Below are positions 44,389 through 56,388 of a stretch of 64,000 nt of DNA, piece after piece. Under the pieces are notes generated by a model, which was not told where the DNA came from, ran no database searches, and was given only the letters and a program-made list of their open reading frames with translations. Made by a program: the position numbers and the translations under genes. The stretch is taken from assembly GCA_963845565.1 (NCBI GenBank), contig CAWJSJ010000002.1:544001-608000 (forward strand), in the 5' to 3' direction. Every line of letters starts with the position of its first letter. The stretch's first letter is position 1. Source of the DNA: an uncultured Methylomirabilota bacterium (lineage in GTDB: Bacteria; Methylomirabilota; Methylomirabilia; Methylomirabilales; 2-02-FULL-66-22).

Positions 44389-46023
44389 CTACGCCTTTCC
44401 CCTGAGGACCTCCAGCATCCGGCGGTAACCGTGCGGGTTGATCCGCGCGGCGATGATCGCCGGCCTCGGGGCTTCCAGGGCATCCGAAAGTGCTGCCCGC
44501 AGACCCTCTTCGTCCTCCACTGCCGTTCCCAGTGCACCAAGACCTTCGACGATTTTCGGGATGTCCAACTGTGGGAGCGAGACACCCACCGGCGCGTACC
44601 GCTTTTGCTCTTGGACAACACGCACAAGGCTCTGCGACTCGTCCACAAAGACGACCACAACGATCTTGAGTCCCAGACCGCTGGCGGTGGCGACCTCCGA
44701 AAGGCTGAGAAGGAGGCCGCTCTCTCCCGTGAAGGCCAGCACTGGGCGTTCCGGAGCGTTCAGCTTTGCGGCGATGGCCGCCGGTATGGCGTAGCCGGTC
44801 CCTGCCAGCCCCCCGGAGCACAGATACGTCTTCGGCTCGTAGGTCTCCCAGAAAGCGGGGACCGCCAGCGCGTGGGCCCCGGTGTCGACCGTCGCGACGG
44901 TCGGGCGCGGGAAGACCTCTCTGGCGATTTCCACCACACGATGCGGCGCCAAGCCATGCTGGCCTCGCGGCGAGATCGCCTCGACCAGGAGCGTGCGGGT
45001 GCGGGTGCGGAACGCTTCTCCGCGTCTTGCCCAATTGGCGAGGCCCCATTCCCCGGTCGGGGGTAAGCCCTGTCGCAGCAACACCAGGCCCGTGGAGAGG
45101 CACCCGGTGGCCTCGGCCGTCGCCACAAAGGGGCACGGGGTCATCGCGTAATCCGCCATGGAGAGCACTGGCCGGCCGGCCTTCCAGGGGCGCGGCAGGA
45201 TTTCCGCCGGATCCACTCCCACTGCGAGAACACAATCGGCTCGTCCGAGGAGTTCTTCTTCCAGCGGCCCGCCAGAAAAAACACCCGCTGCTAACGGATG
45301 ATCCTCTGGAATGACTCCCTTTGCGCGTGCCGTGGTCAGCGTCGGCGCCCCGAGATGCTCAACCAGCTCCCGAAGCGGACGGGCGACCGCGGCCTCACGG
45401 CAACCAGACCCTGCCACAATGACGGCTCGCCCGCTGCGGTTCAGCAACCCTGCAAGGTGGCGTATGGCACTCGGAGATGGATCCACTCGCTTGGCGTTCT
45501 TGGCAGGAATGGCGCGCCGTCTCGCCGGGCTGACCGACTCGTCGGCCGGCAAGTCCAGGTGGACCGGGCCGGCTGGACTGGTCGTGGCTTCTTCCCATGC
45601 CCAGGCAATGAGTCGCGCCGCCCGGCTCCGTGTTACGGTGGCGCCGTCCTTCGTAACAGCTTGAAAAATAAGTCTTTGGTCGATACTCTGTCGCAGTCCG
45701 ACCCGCAGGCTGTTGCGGGTTGCCCTGCCCGCCAGGACGATGAGCGGTAACCGATCAAGATAGGCGTGAGCCACCCCAGCAATGACACTCGTCGCCCCGG
45801 AACCGAGCGCGGTGACGCAGACGCCGGGTTTCCCCCTCAGGTCTCCCTCCGTTGCAGCCATAATGGCCGCAGCTCCCCCATTCTGCGTGGCCAGGAACTC
45901 GACGCCTCGTCCGCGAGCGGCTTCGATCAGATCCAGACAGCTGCCCTCGCCGGGCACCCCGTAGATCCGCCCGATTCCCGCTCTCGCCAAATAATCCGCC
46001 ACGACGTCGGCCGTGGTCGCCAT
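44389..46023 (-). CDS. Acetolactate-synthase-like ThDP-fold protein with degenerate motifs
   Basis: IYGVPG, GPVHLDLP, AKGVIPEDHPL, GYAIPAAIAAKL. Confidence 0.8.
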   Translation of the reverse strand: MATTADVVADYLARAGIGRIYGVPGEGSCLDLIEAARGRGVEFLATQNGGAAAIMAATEGDLRGKPGVCVTALGSGATSVIAGVAHAYLDRLPLIVLAGRATRNSLRVGLRQSIDQRLIFQAVTKDGATVTRSRAARLIAWAWEEATTSPAGPVHLDLPADESVSPARRRAIPAKNAKRVDPSPSAIRHLAGLLNRSGRAVIVAGSGCREAAVARPLRELVEHLGAPTLTTARAKGVIPEDHPLAAGVFSGGPLEEELLGRADCVLAVGVDPAEILPRPWKAGRPVLSMADYAMTPCPFVATAEATGCLSTGLVLLRQGLPPTGEWGLANWARRGEAFRTRTRTLLVEAISPRGQHGLAPHRVVEIAREVFPRPTVATVDTGAHALAVPAFWETYEPKTYLCSGGLAGTGYAIPAAIAAKLNAPERPVLAFTGESGLLLSLSEVATASGLGLKIVVVVFVDESQSLVRVVQEQKRYAPVGVSLPQLDIPKIVEGLGALGTAVEDEEGLRAALSDALEAPRPAIIAARINPHGYRRMLEVLRGKA

Positions 46024-46104
46024 CGGCACTCCTCAGGGGTTGGGGGCCCCGTAGCCACGCACGCCAGACGCGCCCGAGACGTCTTTGGCGGTTCGCCGGA
46101 AAGG

Positions 46105-46800
46105 TCAGACTGCCTTTGCGCAGATTCCCCCAAAGAGGCGGACTTGCACCAGCATCAGGTAGAACCACGCAAACGGCCAAGCAAGCGCGCCGAGATACGG
46201 AATCGCGGCGAGCGTTCCGCCGGCGATACTTAACCCAACGCAAAGCACATATGTCGCCACGTACTCCGCCAAAATGCTGTTGATTCCGTCCCACAGCGTT
46301 CCGGGATGGAAGGCCGCCTCTAGCCGTCGGTGCGCCAAATACCTGGCCAGGGCCATCGGTAGAAAAAAGAGCGTGAACAGCCCTGCCAACACCCCGAGGA
46401 CCATCAGTACCATTCCCAAGAAGAGAATGATACCACCCTTGACCAACAGGCCCAGGCCGAACAGAACGAGCACGAGCGGAGCCAGTCCGTACGCCAAGGC
46501 AATACCGAAGCCCACGAATCCCCCAAAGAAGAGTCGCGGCCAATCGTCCCATTCCGGAAGCGAGGCTGCCTCCCCGCGAAGAGTGCCCTCGTACACAGCA
46601 AGCAGGTACCCGACGGCCGGAAGATTCACCATCACGGCCAGGGGAGCGATACCGAACGCCGCCTCTTCAGAAAGCAGGTAGGCAAGACCCACGAACACCA
46701 ACTCAAGGAGGAGGCCCGTGGCGCCTCCGATCAGCAGCTTACGAGGCCAGTCCGGCCCCTCCATGGGAAAACGGGCTGATGCTCGGATATTTAGCCGCAT
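46105..46800 (-). CDS. DUF4013-like membrane protein
   Basis: KLLIGG, GYLL, LPEWDDW; multiple TM segments. Confidence 0.75.
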   Translation of the reverse strand: MRLNIRASARFPMEGPDWPRKLLIGGATGLLLELVFVGLAYLLSEEAAFGIAPLAVMVNLPAVGYLLAVYEGTLRGEAASLPEWDDWPRLFFGGFVGFGIALAYGLAPLVLVLFGLGLLVKGGIILFLGMVLMVLGVLAGLFTLFFLPMALARYLAHRRLEAAFHPGTLWDGINSILAEYVATYVLCVGLSIAGGTLAAIPYLGALAWPFAWFYLMLVQVRLFGGICAKAV

Positions 46801-46802
46801 GC

Positions 46803-47657
46803 TCAGCGCGCCCCAAGAATGACGTCTGCGAGTCGTGTCAGGTCGTCGCTGGAGTAGAAACTGATCTCCACGGTGCCCCCCGCCCCGTTTCGCTGGATGC
46901 GTACCTTGGTTCCGAGGACCATCCGGAGCTGGTCTTCCATTGCGCCGAGATTCGGGTCCTGATTTGACCCTCGCTCCCTTTTCGGCGGCTCCCCCGCGCG
47001 AAGCCTGCGGACCAAGGCCTCCGTGGCGCGCACGGTCAACCCGCGCTTCACCACAAGGTTGCGGCCCTTAATCTGGTCCGCCGGTCCCTCGAGTCCGAGC
47101 AGGGCCCGCGCATGCCCCTCGGAGAGCGTTCCGGCGGCAACGTCTTCTTGGATGCGTTTCGGAAGCCGGAGAAGCCGCAGGGAGTTGGTGACCGACGACC
47201 GATTCCGCCCAAGCCGTCCCGCGACTTCTTCCTGTGTGAGACCAAACTCGTCAACGAGGCGCTGGTAGGCCTCAGCGGCTTCGAGCGGATTCAGGTCCTC
47301 TCGCTGGAGGTTCTCCACCAGGGCCATTTGCAGGGCCTGGGAATCGGTTGCGTCCTTGATGATCGTCGGGATGTGGGTGAGACCGGCGAGCCTGGCTGCC
47401 CGGATGCGTCGCTCTCCCGCGATGATTTGGAAACCGCCAGGAACACGCCGAACCACCACCGGCGTCAAAACCCCGTGTTCCCGGATCGTGGCCGCAAGCT
47501 CCTCGAGCGCTTCCGTATCGAAATGTTTCCGGGGCTGGAACGGGTTGATCTCCAGGTCGACCAGGGGCAATTCTTGAACGGTCGTACTTGGCTGTGCTGG
47601 CTCCGCGCCAGGGATCAGCGCTCCAAGTCCCCTACCCAGCCCGCGTTTTTGCACCAT
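46803..47657 (-). CDS. parB: Chromosome partitioning protein ParB
   Basis: GLGRGLGALI, NPFQPR, IIAGERR, ENLQREDL. Confidence 0.96.
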   Translation of the reverse strand: MVQKRGLGRGLGALIPGAEPAQPSTTVQELPLVDLEINPFQPRKHFDTEALEELAATIREHGVLTPVVVRRVPGGFQIIAGERRIRAARLAGLTHIPTIIKDATDSQALQMALVENLQREDLNPLEAAEAYQRLVDEFGLTQEEVAGRLGRNRSSVTNSLRLLRLPKRIQEDVAAGTLSEGHARALLGLEGPADQIKGRNLVVKRGLTVRATEALVRRLRAGEPPKRERGSNQDPNLGAMEDQLRMVLGTKVRIQRNGAGGTVEISFYSSDDLTRLADVILGAR

Positions 47658-48408
47658 CGATCACCTCTCGGGCGAGTTGCAGATAACCCTCGGCTCCCGC
47701 GCATCGGATGTCGTACAAGATGATGGGCTTTCCGTGGCTGGGCGCCTCGCTCAATCGCACATTACGGGGAATCACGGTGCGGAAGACCCGTTCTCGGAAG
47801 TGCTGACGGACCTCAGCTGCCACCTGCCCAGCCAGATTCACACGTCCGTCAAACATCGTGAGCAGAATCCCCTCAACTGCCAGATGTTGATTCAGCGTCC
47901 GTTGACACAACCGGACGGTCTCCATGATCTGCCCCAAACCCTCCAGCGCGTAATATTCGCATTGTAGTGGGATCAGGACGGCGTCCGCTGCCACCAAGGC
48001 GTTCAGCGTCAGAAACCCAAGAGACGGGGGGCAATCGATCAGGATGTAACGATATTGATCCTCGAGGGGCTGCAGCGCCTTTCGCAAGCGGTGTTCCCGG
48101 TCCGGGAGCTCCACCAACTCAACCTCGGCCCCCACCAACTCCCTGCGAGACGGAATAACCTGGAGGGCTGGAATCGCCGTGGGAAGCACGACGTCGCGCC
48201 CGCTCGCATCTCCAAGCAGAAGGTGGTACATGTGGCGCGTGACCGTGCGCGGGTCCACGCCCACACCGGTGGTGGCGTTCGCCTGGGGATCGACATCCAC
48301 CAATAACGTCGGCTGCTCAGCGGCAGCGAGACATGCGGCGAGGTTGATGGCCGTCGTGGTCTTTCCCACACCGCCCTTTTGGTTGGCCACCGCGATGATT
48401 CTCGCCAC
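47632..48408 (-). CDS. parA: ParA/Soj ATPase
   Basis: NQKGGVGKTT, DCPPSLG, QCEYYALEG. Confidence 0.96.
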   Translation of the reverse strand: MARIIAVANQKGGVGKTTTAINLAACLAAAEQPTLLVDVDPQANATTGVGVDPRTVTRHMYHLLLGDASGRDVVLPTAIPALQVIPSRRELVGAEVELVELPDREHRLRKALQPLEDQYRYILIDCPPSLGFLTLNALVAADAVLIPLQCEYYALEGLGQIMETVRLCQRTLNQHLAVEGILLTMFDGRVNLAGQVAAEVRQHFRERVFRTVIPRNVRLSEAPSHGKPIILYDIRCAGAEGYLQLAREVIDGAKTRAG

Positions 48409-48467
48409 GTCGATCCTCCGCTGTTCGGTGGACCATAGCACATTTCTGGTGGCCCAGCCAAGGGCGA

Positions 48468-48483
48468 TGTTTCACGTGAAACA
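48468..48483. promoter_or_regulatory. parS centromere-like site
   Basis: Perfect TGTTTCACGTGAAACA (extends to a 20-bp palindrome at 48466-48485), just upstream of parA. Confidence 0.95.
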
Positions 48484-48492
48484 TCCCGCCGG

Positions 48493-49194
48493 TTATCCGC
48501 CCAACCCTTTTCGGAGCGTGAGGATTTCATGGGAGGGTGCCCCAATCCAGGCCGGGACTGCGATTTCTCCGACCAGTTCGAAGCCCATACCAATCAGGTC
48601 TGCCAGCGCCGCATCGGTTTCCCGACCGGATCCAACCTGCGCGAGGAATACTCCGCCGGGTCGCAGGAATGGAAAAACGACGCCTCCGATTTTCGCTAGG
48701 GGCGCCACCGCCCTTGCCGAAGCGAAATCGAACGAGGCGGCCATTTCCGGATCGTGCTCAACGATCTTCTCCGCCCGCCCAAGCACCGGGCGGACGCGGG
48801 ACAGCGCCAGCAGGCGCACGACGTGACGAAGAAACGAAATCTTCTTCCGCGAGACCTCTATCAATGTGAAATCGAGGCTTGATCGTATGATGGCGATTGG
48901 GATGGCGGGAAAACCGGCCCCAGATCCGATGTCCAGGGCACGCCTCGCACCTAACGGAATCAGGGGAAGACAGGCAAGTGCGTCGAGAAAGCCGTGCCGT
49001 ACGATCTCCTCGGGCCGTGTCAGCGCGGTGAGACTCATATGTCCGGCCCACCGGAGAATCTCCTCCCGATAGGCGCGAAACGCGAGAACCTGCTCCGGCC
49101 CTAAGGGAACCCCAAGCTTATCGGCTCCTGCCGAAAGGAGCTCGTCGGGGTCCGGGCGGGCGAGGAGCTCACCGCGTTTTTGTCTGGAGGGCAA
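48493..49194 (-). CDS. rsmG: 16S rRNA m7G527 methyltransferase
   Basis: SLTA, LDIGSGAGFPAIP, ARAVA. Confidence 0.9.
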   Translation of the reverse strand: MPSRQKRGELLARPDPDELLSAGADKLGVPLGPEQVLAFRAYREEILRWAGHMSLTALTRPEEIVRHGFLDALACLPLIPLGARRALDIGSGAGFPAIPIAIIRSSLDFTLIEVSRKKISFLRHVVRLLALSRVRPVLGRAEKIVEHDPEMAASFDFASARAVAPLAKIGGVVFPFLRPGGVFLAQVGSGRETDAALADLIGMGFELVGEIAVPAWIGAPSHEILTLRKGLGG

Positions 49195-49201
49195 GTTTCG
49201 A

Positions 49202-50887
49202 CTAGGCCGGCTGCCCCTCTGCTGGCGACGGGCGCGCCGCCCCCCGGTTGATCAGCCACTGCTGGCCGATCTGAAGGACATTATTGACCAGCCAGTACAG
49301 AACCAAACCCGACGGAAAGCTCCAGAACATGAAGGTGAATATGATCGGCATCATCCAGAGCATCATCTGGGCTTGTCGCGGATCGCCGGTGGTCGGTGAC
49401 ATCTTTTGTTGAAACCACATGCTGACGCCCATCAAGAGGGCGAGTACGTTGGCCGAGAGGACGTATCCTCCCCAGACCTCCGCACGGAAAAGCGAGTCGG
49501 GCTGGGTCAAGTCGCTGATCCAGAGAAAGCGGGCTTGCCACATTTCCACGGAGCTAGACAGTGCGTTGTACAACGCAATGAAAATAGGTATTTGCGCAAG
49601 CATTGGGAGGCACCCGCCCATCGGGTTGACCCCGTGCTTTCGATACAGGGCCATGGTCTCTTCTTGTTTCTTCTGGGGGTTGTTCTTGTACCGCTCTTGC
49701 AGCGCTTGGACTTTGGGCTGGATGGCCTGCATCGCCTGCATGGATTTCATGCTCTTGTGGGTGAGCGGATGGAAGGCGATCTTTTGTAGGATCGTGATCA
49801 AGATGATTGCGACACCGTAGTTCCCGGTGTAATGATAAAGAAACTTGAGCAGCCAGAGCGCCGGGCGGGCCAAGAAATCAAACCAGCCAAGGTCGATGAG
49901 TTGGTCGAGGTCGTGTCCGACACCGCGCAGCAGGTCGAGATCGCGTGGCCCGGCGAAAACCAGAACCCCTGCCGACGCCTCGCCGGATGACTGTAGTGTT
50001 TGTTTCTGCCAGATCAGACCGACGATCGGCTGATCATCCGAGGCTTTTGACACGAAGGCGTTGAAGTCCTTGTCCATTGGGAGGAGCGCCGCCGTAAAAT
50101 AGGTGTCTTGCAGTGCCGCCCACGACACCTTCCCCTCCACCACGCGTTCCCCGCTTACCTTGGCGAGATCCTCTTGCGCGCGCTTGCCATCCACCCAGAG
50201 GGTTGGGGGTTGAATGGTGCTTGCGTTTTTGTCGGTGCTGTTGCGTAAGCCCGGCCCCCACGCGAGCCTGGTTTGGGCGACGGCGTTGTCCCCAGAAAGG
50301 TTCCGAACCACGAGGCCGATCTCAACATCATACCGGTCCGCGTGGAATGACAACCGTTTCTCGAGTTGGATGCCGTTGGCGCTTACATGTTTGAATGTCA
50401 GCGTCCCGGTCGTCCCCGCCTGCGTGAGGTCGAGGCGGTCTTTGTCCACCTCAAACACCCCCGCGATTTGCTCCGGGTCTGCCCACGCAGCGAGAGGTCC
50501 GGGGGTTGCCCGGATATCCGAGTTGGCCACCAGGTCCACAGGGGCGCCGCTGGCGATCTTGAAGGCTTTGAGTTGCCATGCCGTCGCCCGGGCGCCCATG
50601 GTGGACATTACCACCCGCACGAGGGGGGTCTCGATGGTGACGTTCTTTGGGGATAAACCGCGCTGCGCGGTTGGGGTGTAGCCCTTCGGGAGCGTCGGGA
50701 CTTTTGCTGTGATGGCGGCGGGCGGTGCCGCGGCCGGCGCGGCCATTTTCTGGTTGTCGGTCTGGGTGGCCGGCGGTCGAGGCGGCTCTTGAACCGGAAC
50801 CTCTACCCGCGACAAATACCATTGGTATCCCAAAAGAATGCCGATCACTAGAACCGTCGCTATGATTGCGTTCCGCTCCATGCTCAC
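49202..50887 (-). CDS. yidC: Membrane protein insertase YidC
   Basis: GNYGVAII, NPMGGCLP, FPSGLVLYW. Confidence 0.96.
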   Translation of the reverse strand: MSMERNAIIATVLVIGILLGYQWYLSRVEVPVQEPPRPPATQTDNQKMAAPAAAPPAAITAKVPTLPKGYTPTAQRGLSPKNVTIETPLVRVVMSTMGARATAWQLKAFKIASGAPVDLVANSDIRATPGPLAAWADPEQIAGVFEVDKDRLDLTQAGTTGTLTFKHVSANGIQLEKRLSFHADRYDVEIGLVVRNLSGDNAVAQTRLAWGPGLRNSTDKNASTIQPPTLWVDGKRAQEDLAKVSGERVVEGKVSWAALQDTYFTAALLPMDKDFNAFVSKASDDQPIVGLIWQKQTLQSSGEASAGVLVFAGPRDLDLLRGVGHDLDQLIDLGWFDFLARPALWLLKFLYHYTGNYGVAIILITILQKIAFHPLTHKSMKSMQAMQAIQPKVQALQERYKNNPQKKQEETMALYRKHGVNPMGGCLPMLAQIPIFIALYNALSSSVEMWQARFLWISDLTQPDSLFRAEVWGGYVLSANVLALLMGVSMWFQQKMSPTTGDPRQAQMMLWMMPIIFTFMFWSFPSGLVLYWLVNNVLQIGQQWLINRGAARPSPAEGQPA

Positions 50888-50920
50888 TCCAGACCGCTAA
50901 CCATTAAAAAGAGTGTCGAA

Positions 50921-51148
50921 CTACGGAACCGGGTCAAATCCACCTGGGTGATATGGGTGGCACCGCACCAGTCGTTGAGCCGCCAACCAAAACCCGCGGA
51001 TAATTCCGTGTTTTTCTATGGATTCAAGAGCGTACTGGGAACAGCTTGGGCTGAAGCGGCACGCGGCGGGAAACGCCGGACCAATCCACCGCTGATAGAG
51101 CCGAATGGGCGCCATGACGGCAAGCCGGGGTCTGCTCACCAGTCTCAA
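50921..51148 (-). CDS. yidD: Membrane protein insertion efficiency factor
   Basis: CRFSPSCSQY, RCHPYHPGGFDPVP. Confidence 0.93.
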   Translation of the reverse strand: MRLVSRPRLAVMAPIRLYQRWIGPAFPAACRFSPSCSQYALESIEKHGIIRGFWLAAQRLVRCHPYHPGGFDPVP

Positions 51149-51489
51149 TTCGTACCCGTCACCGCGCGCCCCAACATCTCATTCCCGCGCGCGAAAAGCA
51201 GTTCCAGTGTCGATCGGACCCGCTTTCTGGGTTCGCACCCGACGTCACCCCTCGCCAAAAGGAGACAGCCCGCCGTCTTGACACGTTCCGGCGTCGAGCC
51301 GAACACGTCACGCGCGATCCTTCGTACCCTGCTCCGGGTGACGGCGCCCCCTGCTGTGCGGCCCAGGGCGACGATGAGTCGTCCTTTGTTTTCGGGGCTG
51401 GGTAACAGAAAGAGCGTCAGGGAGCCTCGAGACACCCTCATACCAGACCGGCGAATCTGCGCACTCGGCGAGTTTTCGTTCCTTCTCAA
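51145..51489 (-). CDS. rnpA: Ribonuclease P protein component (divergent)
   Basis: Lies between rpmH and yidD; GGAVTRSRVRR resembles the RNR motif. Confidence 0.75.
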   Translation of the reverse strand: MRRNENSPSAQIRRSGMRVSRGSLTLFLLPSPENKGRLIVALGRTAGGAVTRSRVRRIARDVFGSTPERVKTAGCLLLARGDVGCEPRKRVRSTLELLFARGNEMLGRAVTGTN

Positions 51490-51501
51490 GTTGAGATCCG
51501 A

Positions 51502-51636
51502 TCAGACCGTGAGGCGATGGCGACCCTTCGCCCGGCGCCTCTTGATCACCTTCTGGCCGTCTGCCGTGCTCATGCGCTTCAGGAACCCGTGGCAGGTTTT
51601 TCGCTTGCTCTTGTTTGGTTGGTATGTTCGCTTCAT
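51502..51636 (-). CDS. rpmH: 50S ribosomal protein L34 (below ORF-track cutoff)
   Basis: [44 protein letters not shown]; promoter TTGACA-17-TAGAAT at 51698-51670. Confidence 0.96.
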   Translation of the reverse strand: MKRTYQPNKSKRKTCHGFLKRMSTADGQKVIKRRRAKGRHRLTV

Positions 51637-51779
51637 GGTGCTCGCTCCTTGTGGTTTGGCGAAGCGGGCATTCTATGTCTCATGCGACTCATTGTCAAGT
51701 ACCTGATTGCTCTTCATGTCTTTTGTTTGGCAGGGGTTCTGAGTTGGGGCCTCACTGGTGTTTTTCTTGGGTTGTGATG

Positions 51780-52400
51780 AAGATTTGGCGCGGTGTTCCA
51801 TCGTTTTTTCTGTGGTTAATCGCCATTTATATTAAATAAACTCCTTTATTTTTATATGTTTATGAGGTTATCCACAGGTGTGGAAAATCCTGTGTGTAAC
51901 CTTAACCTCCAGAAAAAGGTTGGTTGTGTTATCTCTCTGAGTTTCCTGGTCCTGCTGGCCACTATCCCGGCGCTTGTTTGTTCCATTCCGGCCGCGCTTC
52001 CAGGCGCACACACGATCCCCGGCGTCGTTACCGAATGAGACCAGTGCCATGTTGTTTGGGGTCGTTCCCCCGTCTTTCCTCCCCGGGAAAAACGCACATC
52101 ACCACTGTTCACCCATCCTAAAAGCTGTTGTTGACATATTCACTTCGGATTTGGTAAAATTTGTTAGTAAAGCGTGGAATTCTTTTGGCGTTTCCACATT
52201 CTGTTGTTAATTGTGCTTTTCCGTTCGTTCTGCGTTGGCAATTAACAAACCGCCCACATAACGATGTGGGCATCTTATGTTGAAGAAGCGCGGGATTGCC
52301 ACACTTGTCAACACCCGCGGTTACCTAATACTCCTACTCCTATTTTTCTCTTGTTCCTAGAATCGGTTTAAGAGAGTCGGTTGGAATTCTTTCACCCAAT
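51780..52400. other. Putative oriC
   Basis: TTATCCACA at 51868-51876; near-consensus boxes at 51811, 51879, 51891 and 52190; AT-rich 51825-51863; DnaA-trio-like run at 52326-52343; gene strand switch; parS nearby. Confidence 0.8.
52131..52160 (+). promoter_or_regulatory. Sigma70-like promoter upstream of dnaN
   Basis: TTGACA-18-TAAAAT with an extended TG. Confidence 0.6.
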
Positions 52401-52444
52401 CTTTCTTGCTGCTACCCGCAATACACAATGGGAGTGTGAGTCTC

Positions 52445-53548
52445 ATGCATATCCGGGTTGAGCGAGATGCTTTCGTCGAAGCCCTCGGGCCCGTACAAAG
52501 TGTCGTTGAGGTCAAAAAAGCCCTCCCGATTCTCTCCCATGTGTTACTCCACTCGGAAGCTGACCACCTGTCTTTATTTGGAACAGATCTGGATGTCGGC
52601 CTTCGGCGGCAAATCAAAGCGGAGGTTATCAAACCGGGAGCCGTGACACTTTCCGCGAAAAAACTGTACGAGGTCGTCAAGGAACTTCCATCAACCACCA
52701 TAGAATTACATGCGGATCCAGACCTTCAAGTCGCCATCTCGTGCCAGCGGTCTAGTTTTCGGATGAAGGGGTTGACGCGTGAGGAGTTTCCCTCTCCTCC
52801 CGACCTGCGCGAGGGTGACGAGTTACTCCTCTCTGCAAAATTGTTCCGTGATTTGCTTCGGAAGACGCTCTTTGCAGTTTCGTCAGACCAAACACGCTAT
52901 GCCCTGACGGGAGTCCTTCTTCAGGCTCAATCCAGCGCGCTGAATATGGTAGCCACCGACGGGCACCGGCTCGCATTGGTGCGCATGATTCGTCCTGAGA
53001 CCTCCGGTACCGCCGTTATTGATGCACTGATCCCCAAAAAAGCAATGGTTGAAGCGGCAAAGATCGCGCGCGAAGAATTGGGTGATGTGAGGATCCGCCT
53101 CTCCGACAATCAAATCATCTTACAACAAGATACCACCACCCTGGTCGCGCGCTTGATCGATGGACAATTCCCAAACTACGACCAGGTTGTTCCATCAACG
53201 ACCCCGAGTGAGATCAACATCGCGAAAGACGTTCTGCATGGAGCGCTCCGCCGGACGTCAGCGATCATGGGAGAAAGGACAACACCAACCGAGTTTGATT
53301 TTCAAAAAGGGCGGCTTCTGGTGAGTTGTGTGAATATGGACTTGGGCGAGGCCCATGAAGAGGTCGAGGTCGCGTACGCCGGCGAAGGAGTCAAAATCGG
53401 TTTTAACGCACGCTATATCATGGACTTCTTATCGGCGGTGGATTCGGAACAAATCACCATACACCTTACCGACCCGTTAAGCCCGGCTATTTTTAGAGCC
53501 GCGGGGGATGACCGGTATAGTTGCGTTATTATGCCGATGCGGATTTGA
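52445..53548 (+). CDS. dnaN: DNA polymerase III beta clamp
   Basis: LPILSHVL, VATDGHRL, GQFPNY, IGFNARY, VIMPMRI. Confidence 0.97.
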   Translation: MHIRVERDAFVEALGPVQSVVEVKKALPILSHVLLHSEADHLSLFGTDLDVGLRRQIKAEVIKPGAVTLSAKKLYEVVKELPSTTIELHADPDLQVAISCQRSSFRMKGLTREEFPSPPDLREGDELLLSAKLFRDLLRKTLFAVSSDQTRYALTGVLLQAQSSALNMVATDGHRLALVRMIRPETSGTAVIDALIPKKAMVEAAKIAREELGDVRIRLSDNQIILQQDTTTLVARLIDGQFPNYDQVVPSTTPSEINIAKDVLHGALRRTSAIMGERTTPTEFDFQKGRLLVSCVNMDLGEAHEEVEVAYAGEGVKIGFNARYIMDFLSAVDSEQITIHLTDPLSPAIFRAAGDDRYSCVIMPMRI

Positions 53549-53870
53549 TCCTGAATACGATCGCACCCCTGTTCGGAAGACAGTCGACGGATTCGTGTTT
53601 GTTTCATCCAATAAATCACAGCGCTCAAACAACACGGGGCTGCCGGGTTTTAACGCAACAACTCAAACTCAACACGCCCTTCGGTCTATACAGACACCGA
53701 AAGACCTCTCCGCTTCCGGCGGCGCGCTCTCGGTTTGATTGGATGGTCCCGCCGACCACCCCGGACCATTACACGGTCGGAACGCAAACCGTCTTGGAAA
53801 TGACCGAAACCCGCCCCGCCGGAGCCAGAACGGGCCGGTTTGCACCGGGCGGTCTTTGGTTGCCTTGTGA

Positions 53871-56324
<2,454 letters not shown>

Positions 56325-56388
56325 CGATCCCGGTGCCCGCGCGGACCGGTCCCGTTCCGGCGCCCCGCACCCAGAGAGAGGGCTTCCC

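Noticed and set aside
51852..52210. Small ORFs in the oriC interval as a dnaA remnant
   Set aside because: No AAA+ or domain IV motifs, no RBS, and they overlap DnaA boxes.
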